Shown here one piece after another: positions 21,701 to 33,000 of a stretch of DNA of 64,000 nucleotides. The notes beneath the pieces were generated by a model. It was given only the letters and a program-made list of their open reading frames with translations. It did not search any database and was not told the DNA's origin. Within the stretch, counting starts at the first letter, position 1. Every line of letters starts with the position of its first letter. Source of the stretch: Macrostomum lignano (taxonomy: Eukaryota); assembly GCA_002269645.1 (NCBI GenBank), contig NIVC01000891.1:1-64000 (forward strand), written 5' to 3'. Both the position numbers and the translations under genes were made by a program.

Positions 21701-21962
21701 CTACCGACGAGCCGGCCTGCGACCACCCAGCGAGACCATCCGGCGGCGGCGGCTGCAGCTGGCGGGCCACGTGATCCGCGCGGAAACCTACTGCCCTGAA
21801 CCGGTGCAGGACGTCCTGCTGCTCACGCTGCGGGGCCCCTGGCGCCGAGGGCAGGCCAAGACGCGCCGGTACGTGGACTGCCTGCTGGCTGACGCCGGTG
21901 TCATCGGCCAGACCAACGCTGCGGCTGCCTTCAGGGAGCAAGCCAGAAGGAGAGTGCTCTGA
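18790..21962 (+). CDS. APE endonuclease-reverse transcriptase polyprotein (~1056 aa after removing a 2-bp insertion at ~19161-19167)
   Basis: RLATWNCRTL (first frame), then DLVALQE, AYAPT, LGDLN, QLDHVL, SDH, QNGFR, VDFRKAFDSV, GVLQGDTLAP, YADD, FTYLG and RLQLAGHVIR (RTE-like C-terminus). Confidence 0.9.
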
Positions 21963-22174
21963 CACTGCCGCCACGCTCTCACATTTCCGTTTCTTTTCCC
22001 CCCTTTTTTTGCTCTTCCGTCCCGTGCTGCCCCCTTTTCCTTTTGCTTTCTTTTGCGGCGGTGTACATGTATGTATGTATGTATGTGGTTGTAAAATGTG
22101 GTGCCATCTGGTTTGAGCGGCTTGGGAGAGTAAATAGCGGTGTAATTTAAAAAAACTCAACCCGCTCTACTCTG

Positions 22175-22290
22175 CAGTCGCAGACATGTTCGTACATTCA
22201 TATGAGTAGAGAGTTTCCAAGAGAATTTCCAAGAAATTTCTCCAAGCCTCTGCCGACCCCCACCACGGTTACCTTATTTATTATAAAACG
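22175..22290 (+). promoter_or_regulatory. Proximal promoter of copy 2: CAGTCGCAGAC, GAGAGTTTCC + GAGAATTTCC (22221-22230), TTCCAAGAA (22227-22235), TATAAA (22282-22287)
   Basis: Motifs read directly; positionally conserved in all copies. Confidence 0.5.
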
Positions 22291-22414
22291 TGGCCGAAGG
22301 AGCCCAGCAGCTAGAGCGAATGAACGAATCGTTGTGTTGAAGCTTCATTAAATGACTGGCTCGTATCACTATCAAAAAGTGCACGCTTGAACAAGCTTTG
22401 AGTGCCAATCACAC

Positions 22415-22657
22415 ATGAGCTCGAAGTCAGAGTCAGACGGCGACACCGAAGGTGCTGAGCTCTGCGGCCAGTCGGAGTCGCTGACCCGCCGGCTGCACAA
22501 CATCCTCCGCGACTACTCGGACGGCCTGGCCATCCCTAAGGAGCTCATTCAGAACGCGGACGACGCCGGCGCCACCGAGGTGACGCTGATCTACGACAGC
22601 CGGGCCAATCTGCAGTGGCGCGAGACCGTCATGGGCCGGCGGATGGCCGGCTGCCAG
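22415..22657 (+). CDS. SACS-like: Sacsin-like copy 2, exon 1
   Basis: Near-identical to 769-1011; CAG|GTGGGT donor. Confidence 0.9.
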
Positions 22658-23419
22658 GTGGGTGGCGGGCGGCTCTAATTGTGTTGGCTGATGCAGGGGA
22701 GTAGCCAGCAGCTTTCATTGAGTGGGTGGGGTCGCGCCGTTTTATCTGACTGATTTCCACTTTTTACTGGGCGCCGTTCAACTCGACAGGACAGGACAGC
22801 GCCATCCTATATCCTTGATTAACAGTAGGAATACCAAGCCATTTTACCGCCCGTCGAACTACCAAGGAGGGGGAATTTTAGGAAACCCCCTGACTATTTT
22901 TTCCTGCGCCGGAATGGAGCAACGCAGGCACACGAGATTCAGGAATCCGCGCTAGCATTTATTGCGCACCTTCTCAAACAAGAATCAAGTCGCCAGCCCT
23001 CCAGATCGTCGAGATATTCGACGAATCTGCCAGAAGGTCGGATTTTTTCCCATAAGCGCTAGTGTATTCAATACAGTTGAGGCTTGCCCACTGTCGAGGC
23101 TTGATTAGCAAAACTCGAGAAATTTGCAACAGATTGCCCACAGTCACATGGTGCCACCTGTTGAAGGTCCAGAAGCTCCGCCTGCGTGAAAGCCAGTGAT
23201 CAACGAAGTCAGAGCTGATGCAGACTTGTGGTGGACGTGCTGATGAAATTTGGAGGCTTGGAAAGGCTGCAGTGAGGAGCAGTGTAGGCTTGCTTGGCAC
23301 ATAGAGGAGCATTGAGTCTTCGGCGCAGCAAAAATTGTCAAGGGGGCGGGCGAATCCCCCATGGTAGTTATATTATGCAAACTAAACCGCGGGAAAGGAA
23401 TAAGGCAGGACGAACCAAA

Positions 23420-24483
23420 GGAATAAGGAATAAGGAATAAGGAATAAGAAATAAGGAATAAGGAATAAGGAATAAGGAATAAGGAATAAGGAATAAGGAA
23501 TAAGGAATAAGAAATAAGGAATAAGGAATAAGGAATAAGGAATAAGGAATAAGGAATAAGGAATAAGGAATAAGGAATAAGGAATAAGGAATAAGGAATA
23601 AGGAATAAGGAATAATGAATAAGGAATAAGGAATAAGGAATAAGGAATAAGGAATAAGGAATAAGGAATAAGGAATAAGGAATAAGGAATAAGGAATAAG
23701 GAATAAGGAATAAGGAATAAGGAATAAGGAATAAGGAATAATGAATAAGGAATAAGGAATAAGGAATAAGGAATAAGAAATAAGGAATAAGGAATAAGGA
23801 ATAAGGAATAAGGAATAAGGAATAAGGAATAAGGAATAAGGAATAAGGAATAAGGAATAAGGAATAAGGAATAAGGAATAAGGAATAAGGAATAAGGAAT
23901 AATGAATAAGGAATAAGGAATAAGGAATAAAGAATAAGGAATAAGGAATAAGGAATAAGGAATAAGGAATAAGGAATAAGGAATAAGGAATAAAGAATAA
24001 GGAATAAGGAATAAGGAATAAGGAATAAGGAATAAGGAATAAGGAATAAGGAATGAGGAATAAAGAATAAGGAATAAGGAATAAGGAATAAGGAATAAGG
24101 AATAAGGAATAAGGAATAAGGAATAAGGAATGAGGAATAAAGAATAAGGAATAAGGAATAAGGAATAAGGAATAAGGAATAAGGAATGAGGAATAAAGAA
24201 TAAGGAATAAGGAATAAGGAATAAGGAATAAGGAATAAGGAATAAGGAATAAGGAATAAGGAATGAGGAATAAAGAATAAGGAATAAGGAATAAGGAATA
24301 AGGAATAAGGAATAAGGAATAAGGAATACGGAATAAGGAATAAGGAATAAGGAATAAGGAATAAGGAATAAGGAATAAGGAATAAGGAATAATGAATTAG
24401 GAATAAGGAATAAGGAATAAGGAATAAGGAATAAGGAATAAGGAATAAGGAATAAGGAATAAGGAATAAGGAATAAGGAATAA
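23420..24483. repeat. (GGAATAA)n heptamer satellite, ~152 units, in intron 1 of copy 2
   Basis: 1064 bp / 7. Variant GAATGAGGAATAAA recurs at 24055, 24132, 24188 and 24265. Confidence 0.97.
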
Positions 24484-24969
24484 GGCAGGGAAAGAAATAA
24501 GGTGGTACGAAAAAAAGCTCCACGAACCAAAACGCTCACGCCGAATTCATTGATGCAAAGCAGTAAAAAGGTCGAAGAAAATACGATCGAAAAATCTGAG
24601 CAAACAAGGCAATCAAAAGCAATAATAAAGCAAGAAAAACGAAAATAAACAGCAGCCCGCACACGCACAACCAGTGAACTTTTAATAAATATGTGCGTAA
24701 GAAATGTTAAAACTAATATTCTTTAATATTTATTTCAATAGATCCAGATCATTTCAGTCCTGATTCACCAAATCGCAATTCTCCTAACCGCGATTCTTCA
24801 AATCATTTGTGCACACCGCCCCCTCCCCAAAGAGCACATAACACAGAGCTGGCGAGCAGACGAGGTGAGGGAGCCTGGCAACGGAGCCCCCAACACCAAA
24901 ACAAAAGCAGGCGCAAAAGGAAAAGCAAAGCAAAATGAATACGCAAAAGACAAAGGGGCAAAGAGGCGA

Positions 24970-26018
24970 TCAGCACCGAGAAAGCAAAGCAACCGCCAGC
25001 TTCCGAGCAGCACCGAAAGCTGCATCGCCCGGCAACAAATAACCGTTCACTGCGTCGCTGCGACAGTCGCCCACGCTCTGGATCTCCCTGACTGACAGAC
25101 CGGAACGCGCCTCCCAGGTGGCTGCACCCCTCCGCAAGCTGTGCACGGAGTAGCCTGCCGCGCTGATGCCCGCCTTGTTGAGCCAGCACTTGAACTGCAC
25201 GTCCAGCATCCGGGATGTCAGAGAGGCGCTGCCGGCTGAACCGCCTGAGATGTGAACAGGCCCTGCTGCGGTAGCCTCAAACGATTGCAGCGAAGATGAT
25301 CTCGCAGCGCCGCGACGGGACAGAGCGGGTGACCGGGCGTCAGCTGCGGCAGCAGTACCCTGTGGCTCCTACCGAACTGGTTGCTTTTCCCATAGCTGGA
25401 CAGCAGAAGCAGACCGTCCTTGCACTCCGACAGAGAACTGAGCCGCAGCACTGGCGGATCAGCGCGCCCAACAGGCAACAGTCTGGACTTCCCAAACATG
25501 CCCCACCAGGCGCACATGACTGCAGCCCAGCAGGCAGCTTGGGCTGGGTTCGAACAGTCAGCTTGGCGACGCAGCCTTGTTAAAATCTCGGGAGACACCG
25601 GCAGCTTGCGGCTCGGCTCCGCTCCGAGCTCGCGCTTGGCTCCCCGCAGCACCAGGTGCAGCAACGGATGCTTGGTCAGATCTGGCGCCCCTGCCAGCCG
25701 GAAGTTGGCGGAGAGAGCGCTGATGTGCACGCGGATGCTGCCGAAGGAGCTGAGCCGGCCATCCACGAGTCGGGCAACGCAATTCGCGAGGTCCACCGCC
25801 CGGCAGCAGAGCGGGTCGAGCCGCCGCTCAAGACAGAAGCGTTGCCAGGAGCGTATGGCGGACGACAGCGACTTCTTGGATGATGAGGCGTAGGCCTGCT
25901 GGAGAAGCTTGGCGGCGGCGTCGTCGAGAGACCCAGGGAGGCGACCTGCAAAAGGAGAAAGGCGGCGGTGGGAGGGCTGAGCGCATGACCGGCAAACTCT
26001 TGCGGGCTGACACAACAT
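24970..26018 (-). pseudogene. Tyrosine recombinase of the DIRS/Ngaro element (frameshifted near 25215)
   Basis: LVLRGAKR, WWGMFGKS (Gly where the catalytic Arg is expected), KSNQFG, CPVAAL, HSLRRGAAT, GDCRSDAVNGY. Confidence 0.85.
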
Positions 26019-26045
26019 GTTGCATGGGCTCGTAACACAAAATTT

Positions 26046-27511
26046 CTACATAAAAACTTCTAGGGAATCTGCGTCAGCAAACAGCTGGAACCGGCCAGGC
26101 ACATGATGGGCGGTAACAATCACGTTCTGCTTCAGGCAAAGCAGAACAACAGTTTGCAGCAGCCGCAGCAACCGGGGCTCCCTGGAAGACCCCTTGTTGA
26201 TGATCGCGCAGGCGGCGGCGTTGTCCCAGTAGACAGCGAAACGGCAGTTGTGCAGCTGATGGCGCCAGCGCAGCAAGGCCAGCAGGACCGCAGCAGCCTC
26301 CTTGTAGTTGATGCAGCACTCGCTGAAGACGCCGCCAGCATCGACATCCCACTTCAGGTAGCATCAGTCAAAATCAGCCGGGTCACGCAAAATAGCTGCC
26401 GCTCCCACCAGGCAGGCGTCCGTCTCTATGGCAACCGGTCTCCTGTCCGTGGGCTAAATTTCACGACCTCGCTGCTGCCGCAAGGCCACCTTCCACCAGC
26501 CGAGGATGCCCTTCAACTGGTCATCCACCAATAGCCGATCCTTAGAGCTTGACAGGTTGCTGACGCGGTCGATCAAGTCGCGCAAGAACGGCCGGCCGTT
26601 GACAATCACCTGGCAGGCCCAGTTGAGCTTGCCCACCAGCTTCTGCAGCTCATGCTTGGAGATCCGCCGCATCGCACAGCTCTGATCAAGGCTGACCCGC
26701 AGCTCTTCCACTTTGGATCCTGGCAAGCTCATAAGCCCTGACAGAGTATTGAACTGGATGCCCAGGAAGCACATTTCTTGAGTCGGCTGCACGCACTTCT
26801 TCCAGTTAACAGTCAGGCCCAGCCTCTGCACCAGGTGCGTCAGCTCCGTGTAGAAACGCCAGCAATCAGTCAGCGACCCCGCGAAGCCGAAGTCGTCCAT
26901 GTAGACCTCGAAGTTGTAAAACTTGCGCTTGAGCATCATGAACCGAATGGCATTGCTAACCTGAAGGAACCTGCTGACAGATGCCGCTGCACCAAAGGGC
27001 AGCCGGGTGTCAACCATGTAGGTCAGCTTAACGACGTCGCCTTCAAACGTGAACTTCAGGCCGTTGAGGCAGTGGTCACTTGGGTGAATGCCGCAAGACC
27101 TGTAAGCCTGGCTCAGGTCCACCTTGCACATGTACATGCCCTTGCGCAGCCTTCTGCCAAAAGCCGCTGCCGAAGAAAACCGAAGCTTCCGTTGGCCCAC
27201 GTACATGTCATTGACCGCGCGACCTTCAGGCTGGCTGCAGTCATGGATGAGCCGGATGCCTCCACCCGACTTGGGAATGGCGCCCAGGGCGCTCACAATC
27301 GCCGGCTTTGCACAAACGCGGTATCTGCCCGTCTGCAGCTCCTATGAACTTGAGCCTCAACACCGTCACGGTGCTGACTGATGGATCTGTAGTTATCCTG
27401 CTCAATAGTGTCAACGGTGCAACTGACATTCCTAATGCGGAAACCCTCCTTCACACCGGAGAGAACGAACTGCGCGAGCTTCGCTGGCATCTCGGTGCCG
27501 GCCAGCTCCAA
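26046..27511 (-). pseudogene. RT-RNase H of the DIRS/Ngaro element (frameshifts near 27345 and 26454)
   Basis: EGFRI..NYRS, AIPKSGGGIRLIHDCSQPEG.AVND, KVDLSQAYR, TRLPFG, YMDDF, FLGI, LVGKLNW; RNase H DNAAACAIINKGSS..HVPG..ADA. Confidence 0.85.
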
Positions 27512-27919
27512 ACGCCAAGCTTAAAAGTGCAAGTCGGTAGAGAAGGTTCCGCCTGAGTCGCCCTCGTCATGGAGTTCATCGAAGGAAGCAGCAGGGGCGG
27601 GCGACTCGATGTTAAGAGACCCCTGCCGCCGAACCCCGCCCATCAGTTTCTTGCCGTTGGGCCACCTGACGCGACGCAGACAAGGCTTGTTTAATTTGAA
27701 CAATAATGCAGCGAACTGATAAATTTGCTGAGTAAATATTACAACGAAGAAAAGCTAGATTCAGTTATTTAAATACGTAGTGGTATAAAACGATATTTGA
27801 GTTATTGATAAAAGTTAGATTTGAAAGTACGTTATGTGCGCATTGATGTACGCATGAGTGGGGTGGACGCTAGGCATGGTAAGCAGGGCACAAAGTGAGT
27901 CAGTTTAATATCTAGCCAG

Positions 27920-28939
27920 TCAATAGTCAGCGACAACCCCCCAACACGTCAGGGCCACCCTCCGATCCGTGGAAGGTGGCCTCCGAGTGCGCCTGGACGC
28001 AGCGCAGACAACAGTGCGTGAACCGGCACGGATCGCGATGGCAGCCGGACAGTCTGTTGTAGTCAAAGCAGACCGTTCCTTGCCGCAGCACCAGCCTGCC
28101 GCTGCAGACTCGGTGCCATCAGGTGCACCGCTACCAATCCGAGGTCGGTCACCGAGCTGTCCCAGGTGCCGGCACCCGCCTACTGCGAGGTCAAGGAGGT
28201 CGCCGATCTTGGCTGTGTGCTTCAGGTACTCGAGCAACTCAGACATGTCGATGGCGCCGTCTCTGAGGACCAGAAGCCTGCAGTCCTTCAGCATCTACAT
28301 CAGCGCATTCACATTCCGGGTAATTCAGTCACGAATAGACAGACTGTCCAGAGTGAACTGTTTCCCTGCCTTGCTCGATTTGTTCAGCGACAGCCGCTTC
28401 GAGTGCTGATGAAGTGCCGATACGTGCTCGGATGCTGCTGTCCTGGCTGCTGCACTTCATTTGGCCCTCCAGTTTTGGGTCCAAAAAACAAAGTCCTCAA
28501 GGGATGAGTACTCACCGGGTACCGTGACATTCGGTGGTCGTTGCGGCGGCTCATCAACCCTGCCGCCCAGCTGCCGGATCTCAGCCTCCATGCGCGCTTG
28601 ATCCCGGCGAATCGTCAGCCGGCGAAGCTGCTTCTCCGCCTCCAGCAGCTCCCGGCCCAGGTCGCCAGTCCCATAGGTCTCTCCTGCCGCCCTCCTGTCG
28701 CCGGATGTCGCCCTCCTGTCGTCCGAAGACATCTCGCTGAGCTCCTGCCTCCTTGGATGATCGCTGCTGTCACGATTGTCGATGAGTCCAGAGATCGATG
28801 CTGATTGGGCTCCTGCTGAGTCTCGTGCCTCCGCCTGTCGGAGTCTCTCTTGCAAGGTGTGTTTGTTTCCAGCAGTATGCAGGCCTCTTGCACGCAAGGC
28901 GGTGCGCAGCTCCTTTACAGTCATAGGGCTGTGTGACAT
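27920..28939 (-). pseudogene. Gag-like ORF with an N-terminal SAP motif (interrupted by stops)
   Basis: MTVKELRTALRARGLHTAGNKHTLQERL is a SAP-type helix-loop-helix. Downstream fragment ELLEYLKHTAKIGDL resembles DIRS gag. Confidence 0.65.
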
Positions 28940-29247
28940 GACTCAGCAGTCCAAAAAACATTTCAAGCGCGCAGCGAAACACAAACTCAGCTAGCCCGCA
29001 GGCATAAAAACCCTCGCAAGGGAGGGGGTGGGCGCAAGCCAGGAGGGGGTTGGCGGTATACACAAACGCCGGTTAGTGCTGGCCGCACAAACCAGTTCAT
29101 AATTTACAAAATCCCTTTGGCCTCGCGTAATCCCAAAAACATTTTGTTTAGTCCCAGCTCACCAAATGTGAGAAACATCTCACGTAAATAAATTCCGACA
29201 AAGCTGACTGCTGGGTGTTTCGCCCCCTCGCCCTACCTGCCTCTCAG

Positions 29248-29478
29248 GGCCCCTGCCTCTGGGCGCACAACGACGCGCAGTTTACTGACGACGACTTCAA
29301 GAACCTGCTGAGCCTTGGCGGCGCCACCAAGGAGGCGCAGGCGGCGAAGGTGGGCAAATTCGGCCTCGGATTCAACGCCGTCTACAACCTGACGGACGTG
29401 CCGGCCGTCCTCAGCGGCTGCCAGCTGCAGCTGCTTGACCCGCACGGCGAGACGCGGGGCCGTGGATTCCTGGAGGAG
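29248..29478 (+). CDS. SACS-like: Sacsin-like copy 2, exon 2 (231 bp, intact)
   Basis: CTCTCAG|GGC CCC TGC CTC TGG GCG CAC AAC (GPCLWAHNDAQF...) to GAG GAG|GTGAG; phase 0. Confidence 0.92.
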
Positions 29479-30010
29479 GTGAGTAGCTTTAGTAGGGGGT
29501 TCTGAGCGGCTCTGCCAGCGCCTTCCCAGTGAAGTGCACTTCAAAGGTACTGTACCAAAGGTGTCCTGTAAGGGCATTTTTACCTGTATTTTCGCCATCG
29601 AGCTTTTAAGTCAGTCCCGGCTTTTCAATGGAAGCTTTCACCTCAATGTGCTTCACTGGAGGCTAAAGGAATTTTGACCGTCCCAATGTGCTCGACTGGC
29701 TAGGGGAGTTGACCCCCCGAAATGTGCTTCACCGGCTAGGGTTTTTGACCCCCCTGGATCCGGTATTTGACCCCTCTGGCTACAGTATTTGATCCCCCAA
29801 AATGTATTTAACTGGCTAGAGTATTTCCTCATGTCCTTTGGTTCACTCTAATCTTGAACCTCTACTGTCCTTCAAAGGCGTCCAAAGCGTGGCTTAACCT
29901 TCCGACCAATTTTTGTTGTTTGATATACGGTTGTAATAGTTATTACTTTGATGGTCTCCTATTGTTAAATAAATGAATGCTACATTTTCTATTGACCCTT
30001 ACTTCGTCAG

Positions 30011-33000
30011 ATCTACCGCAAATACCGCAAGTGCGACACCGGCCTCAGGCTGAACTTCTCCAAGGAGGCCGGGCGCCGCATGCTGGCCAAGTATCCGCAT
30101 CAGTTCGCGCCCTACACCGGCGTCATGGGCTGCGGCCCGGACCTCGGAGCCGAGCCCTACCCCGGCACGCTCATCCGACTGCCGCTGCGGACTCAGGAGC
30201 AGGCCGGCGAGTCGCAGATCTGCCAACGGGCCTACAGCGAGCAGGAGATGCGCGACCTGCTTGACAAGACGGCTCAGCAAGCCCGCCACTTGCTGCTGTT
30301 CACCCAGTCCGTGTCCAGCTTTCGGCTGCTGCATCTGCGCGATGGCTTGGACGGCTCGCTGCAGACCGACACGCTGCTCAAAGTGAGTCGCAGCCTGATT
30401 AAGTGCATTCGGCCGTTGCCGGGCACAAGCGGATCTGCGGATCTGCGCTCCCAGACGCGTGTACTGGCCGCTGCGGCCGAATATCTGACGAGTGACAACG
30501 GCGGCGCTGTCGATGGAAGTTTCGCTGGGCAGCTGAAGCTGCACATCGACGTGCAGGTGAACGAGACGGAAGCGAAGCGGGTTGGCATCGACACGAACGT
30601 CGCTATAACCGCCTCGGACAACTGGCTGCTGAGCGTAGCTCTGGGCTCGGGCGGGTCGCTGGAGATGTCGCGTCAACGCAAGGGACTCAGCCTCCCCGTC
30701 GCCAGTGTCGCCATTCGCCTGTCGGCTGGCGGCACCGCGATTGAGCCGGTGAATCGCGGCGTCGCCTTCTGCTTTCTGCCGCTGCCCATCGAATCGCCGC
30801 TGCTGTTCCACGTAAACGCCGCCTTCGCAGTCACGTCCAGCCGGCGCTACCTGGAGGAGGCCACCATGGACGAAGCCGAGGGCCGCTGGCACCCAGGTCG
30901 CTGGAACGCCGCCCTGCTGCGCGAAGCCGCCTGCACCGCGCTGGTGTCTGCGCTCGAGCGACTCACTGCCGAAAACATCACGGGCGCGCCTTCGATCTGG
31001 CCGCTGCTAGAGGCCAACAACGGTGTCTGGCATCCTCTGATTGAGAGTTTCTACAGGACTGTCTTCACCGAAAGTGATCGCGCTCCAAGCATCTTTTACA
31101 CCTCGGTTGGCTGGCGGCCTCTGGCTCGAGTTGTTTTTCTAGACGAATCGGCGCTGGGTGCCGCCGCATTGGGCTTTGAAGCCGCCAATATTGTGCGCCG
31201 TCTGTCCCGATCACTGGTTCCGGCCGGCTCCGGCCTGGCTGAAGGCTTAGCGTCCAGCGTTCAAGCCGCTGCAGTGCGCCTCAATCTGCTTGGACACAGA
31301 CTCTGGTCGGGTGAAGTCTTTGTTGCCAATTTTCTGGAGCAACTTAATCGTCTGTGGGATTCGTCTGATGAAGAGCACCATTTGTGCTCCGAGTTTCTCA
31401 AATTTTTGCTTAAAAATCTAAGCAGGAAAAATGTAGCACCACAGGACCCAACAGTTTGGCTCATGTCGGAGGGCAACAGGAGCATGCTTAAATCTAGCAG
31501 CTTCCTGCCTGACCAATCAAATCGGCTTTGCCGAGTAAGCGATCTGCTGGATCCGGACTGCGCTGCAGCCGATTTGTACTTTCCAACTGACTCTGTATTT
31601 CCTAGAACAGACTTCAAAGATGACTACAGTCTTCGACCTGTCCTAATTTCTCTTGGACTTCAGTCTGAAATTCCATTTGACCATGTTCTTGAACGAGCTA
31701 ATACCGTGTCAGCACTGAGCCGAGGAAATCGCCTGGATGACGCTTTGAAGAGGGCGCGATCTCTGATGAAGTATCTCGATCTGAACCGGACTGAATTTCA
31801 AGATCGCCTTCGTGAGCTGGCCAGCGTTGAATTTCTTCCAGCCAAGCGGAAGCCCGACGACTGCAGCCTTCACTGGCGCTCGGATGACTACCCCGTTACT
31901 CAGCTGTTCGCACCGGAAGTTCTATTCCACTCTAAGCATAAGACATTGGGTTCTCTCTGTCAGTTGGTTCTGGACAGCTGTGTACTTTCAGATACCAATT
32001 ATTCAGCCCGAGAAGCATTGAATAAAAGCATTGGGGTACAAAATGAAGTGCCGCGCGAAATGGCATGGGAACAGCTGCGTCTGGCAACGCAAACATTTAA
32101 TATCGATAGTCGTCCTGTTTGCCTGGCTGTGTATGAACATTTCTCTAAGCTTCTAATCAAAAATCCTGAACTGGCCAATGAGATAAAGCTTGAATTCGAA
32201 GGTCTCGGCTCACCAGCAATAGTGTACTCGGATACTGGCTACTTAAAACCACACCAGGTGTCTTGGAGTTTGAAAGATCGAGAATGTCCGCCCTACCTGT
32301 ATCGGCTGCCGTCTGACCTTAGAGCGGGCTATTTTAGTCATGAAAAGTATCTGCCGTTTCTTAAAGCGATTGGCGTTCTCGAAGAATTTGACTGCACCAC
32401 CTACTGCAGAGTGCTTGAAGAAATACACGAGAACAAAAGTGGATCCGCTCTGACGGATAGTGAGAGAAAGAGTTGCATTGAGCTGCTAACGCGGCTGAGT
32501 GAGCTTAGCGAGCTGCCCGAGCCATCTGAAATTTTCGCTCCAGATCATGAAGGCTTCCTAGTCCGATGCTCGCACCTTTGTTTTGGCAGCGTGAAGTGGC
32601 TCACCAAAGTCGATAAGCTGCGCTTCGCTCACAAAGACTTGGCGTACGGCGTTTGCGAGAAGTTGCGAATCCCTGATCAGAGAGTTCAAACTCTGAGAAA
32701 ACATCACGTGCCGCTGCCGTTCGGCCAAAAAGAAGAGCTCACTACTCGACTCAAAGGAATTCTTCAAGGCTATCCTCTGGGCATCGAGATCTTCAAGGAG
32801 CTCGTTCAGAACGCGGATGACGCCGGTGCTACTAGGCTGCACTTCATCAACGATCGTCGCAATCTCGGAACAGAGAAGGTGCTGAGCGACGAGTGGAAGA
32901 CGCTACAGGGACCGGCTCTCGTAGTTGTCAATGACACGACGTTCAATGACGAAGACATCGAAGGAATTCAGAAGCTTGGTGTCGGATCCAAAGGAAGCCA

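Larger units (their letters stand above)
18693..22084 (+). mobile_element. Full-length RTE-like non-LTR retrotransposon with 10-bp TSD and (TATG)n tail
   Basis: GTGGTTGTAA at 18683-18692 and 22085-22094. Single copy at the paralogous empty site 44100-44109. 3' ATGT repeats at ~22066-22084. Confidence 0.9.
24806..29100 (-). mobile_element. Degenerate tyrosine-recombinase retrotransposon (DIRS order, Ngaro-like proteins) inserted in intron 1 of copy 2
   Basis: Gag, RT, RNase H and YR in order on the minus strand. Flanks rejoin to the uninterrupted intron seen at ~3320-3440 in copy 1. Confidence 0.85.

Noticed and set aside
22974-23312. Possible retroelement fragment (..WRAGDLILV)
   Set aside because: Too little similarity to call without a search.
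23144-24668. 428-459-aa membrane-like ORFs (IPYSLFL)n
   Set aside because: Stop-free translation of the (TTATTCC)n satellite.
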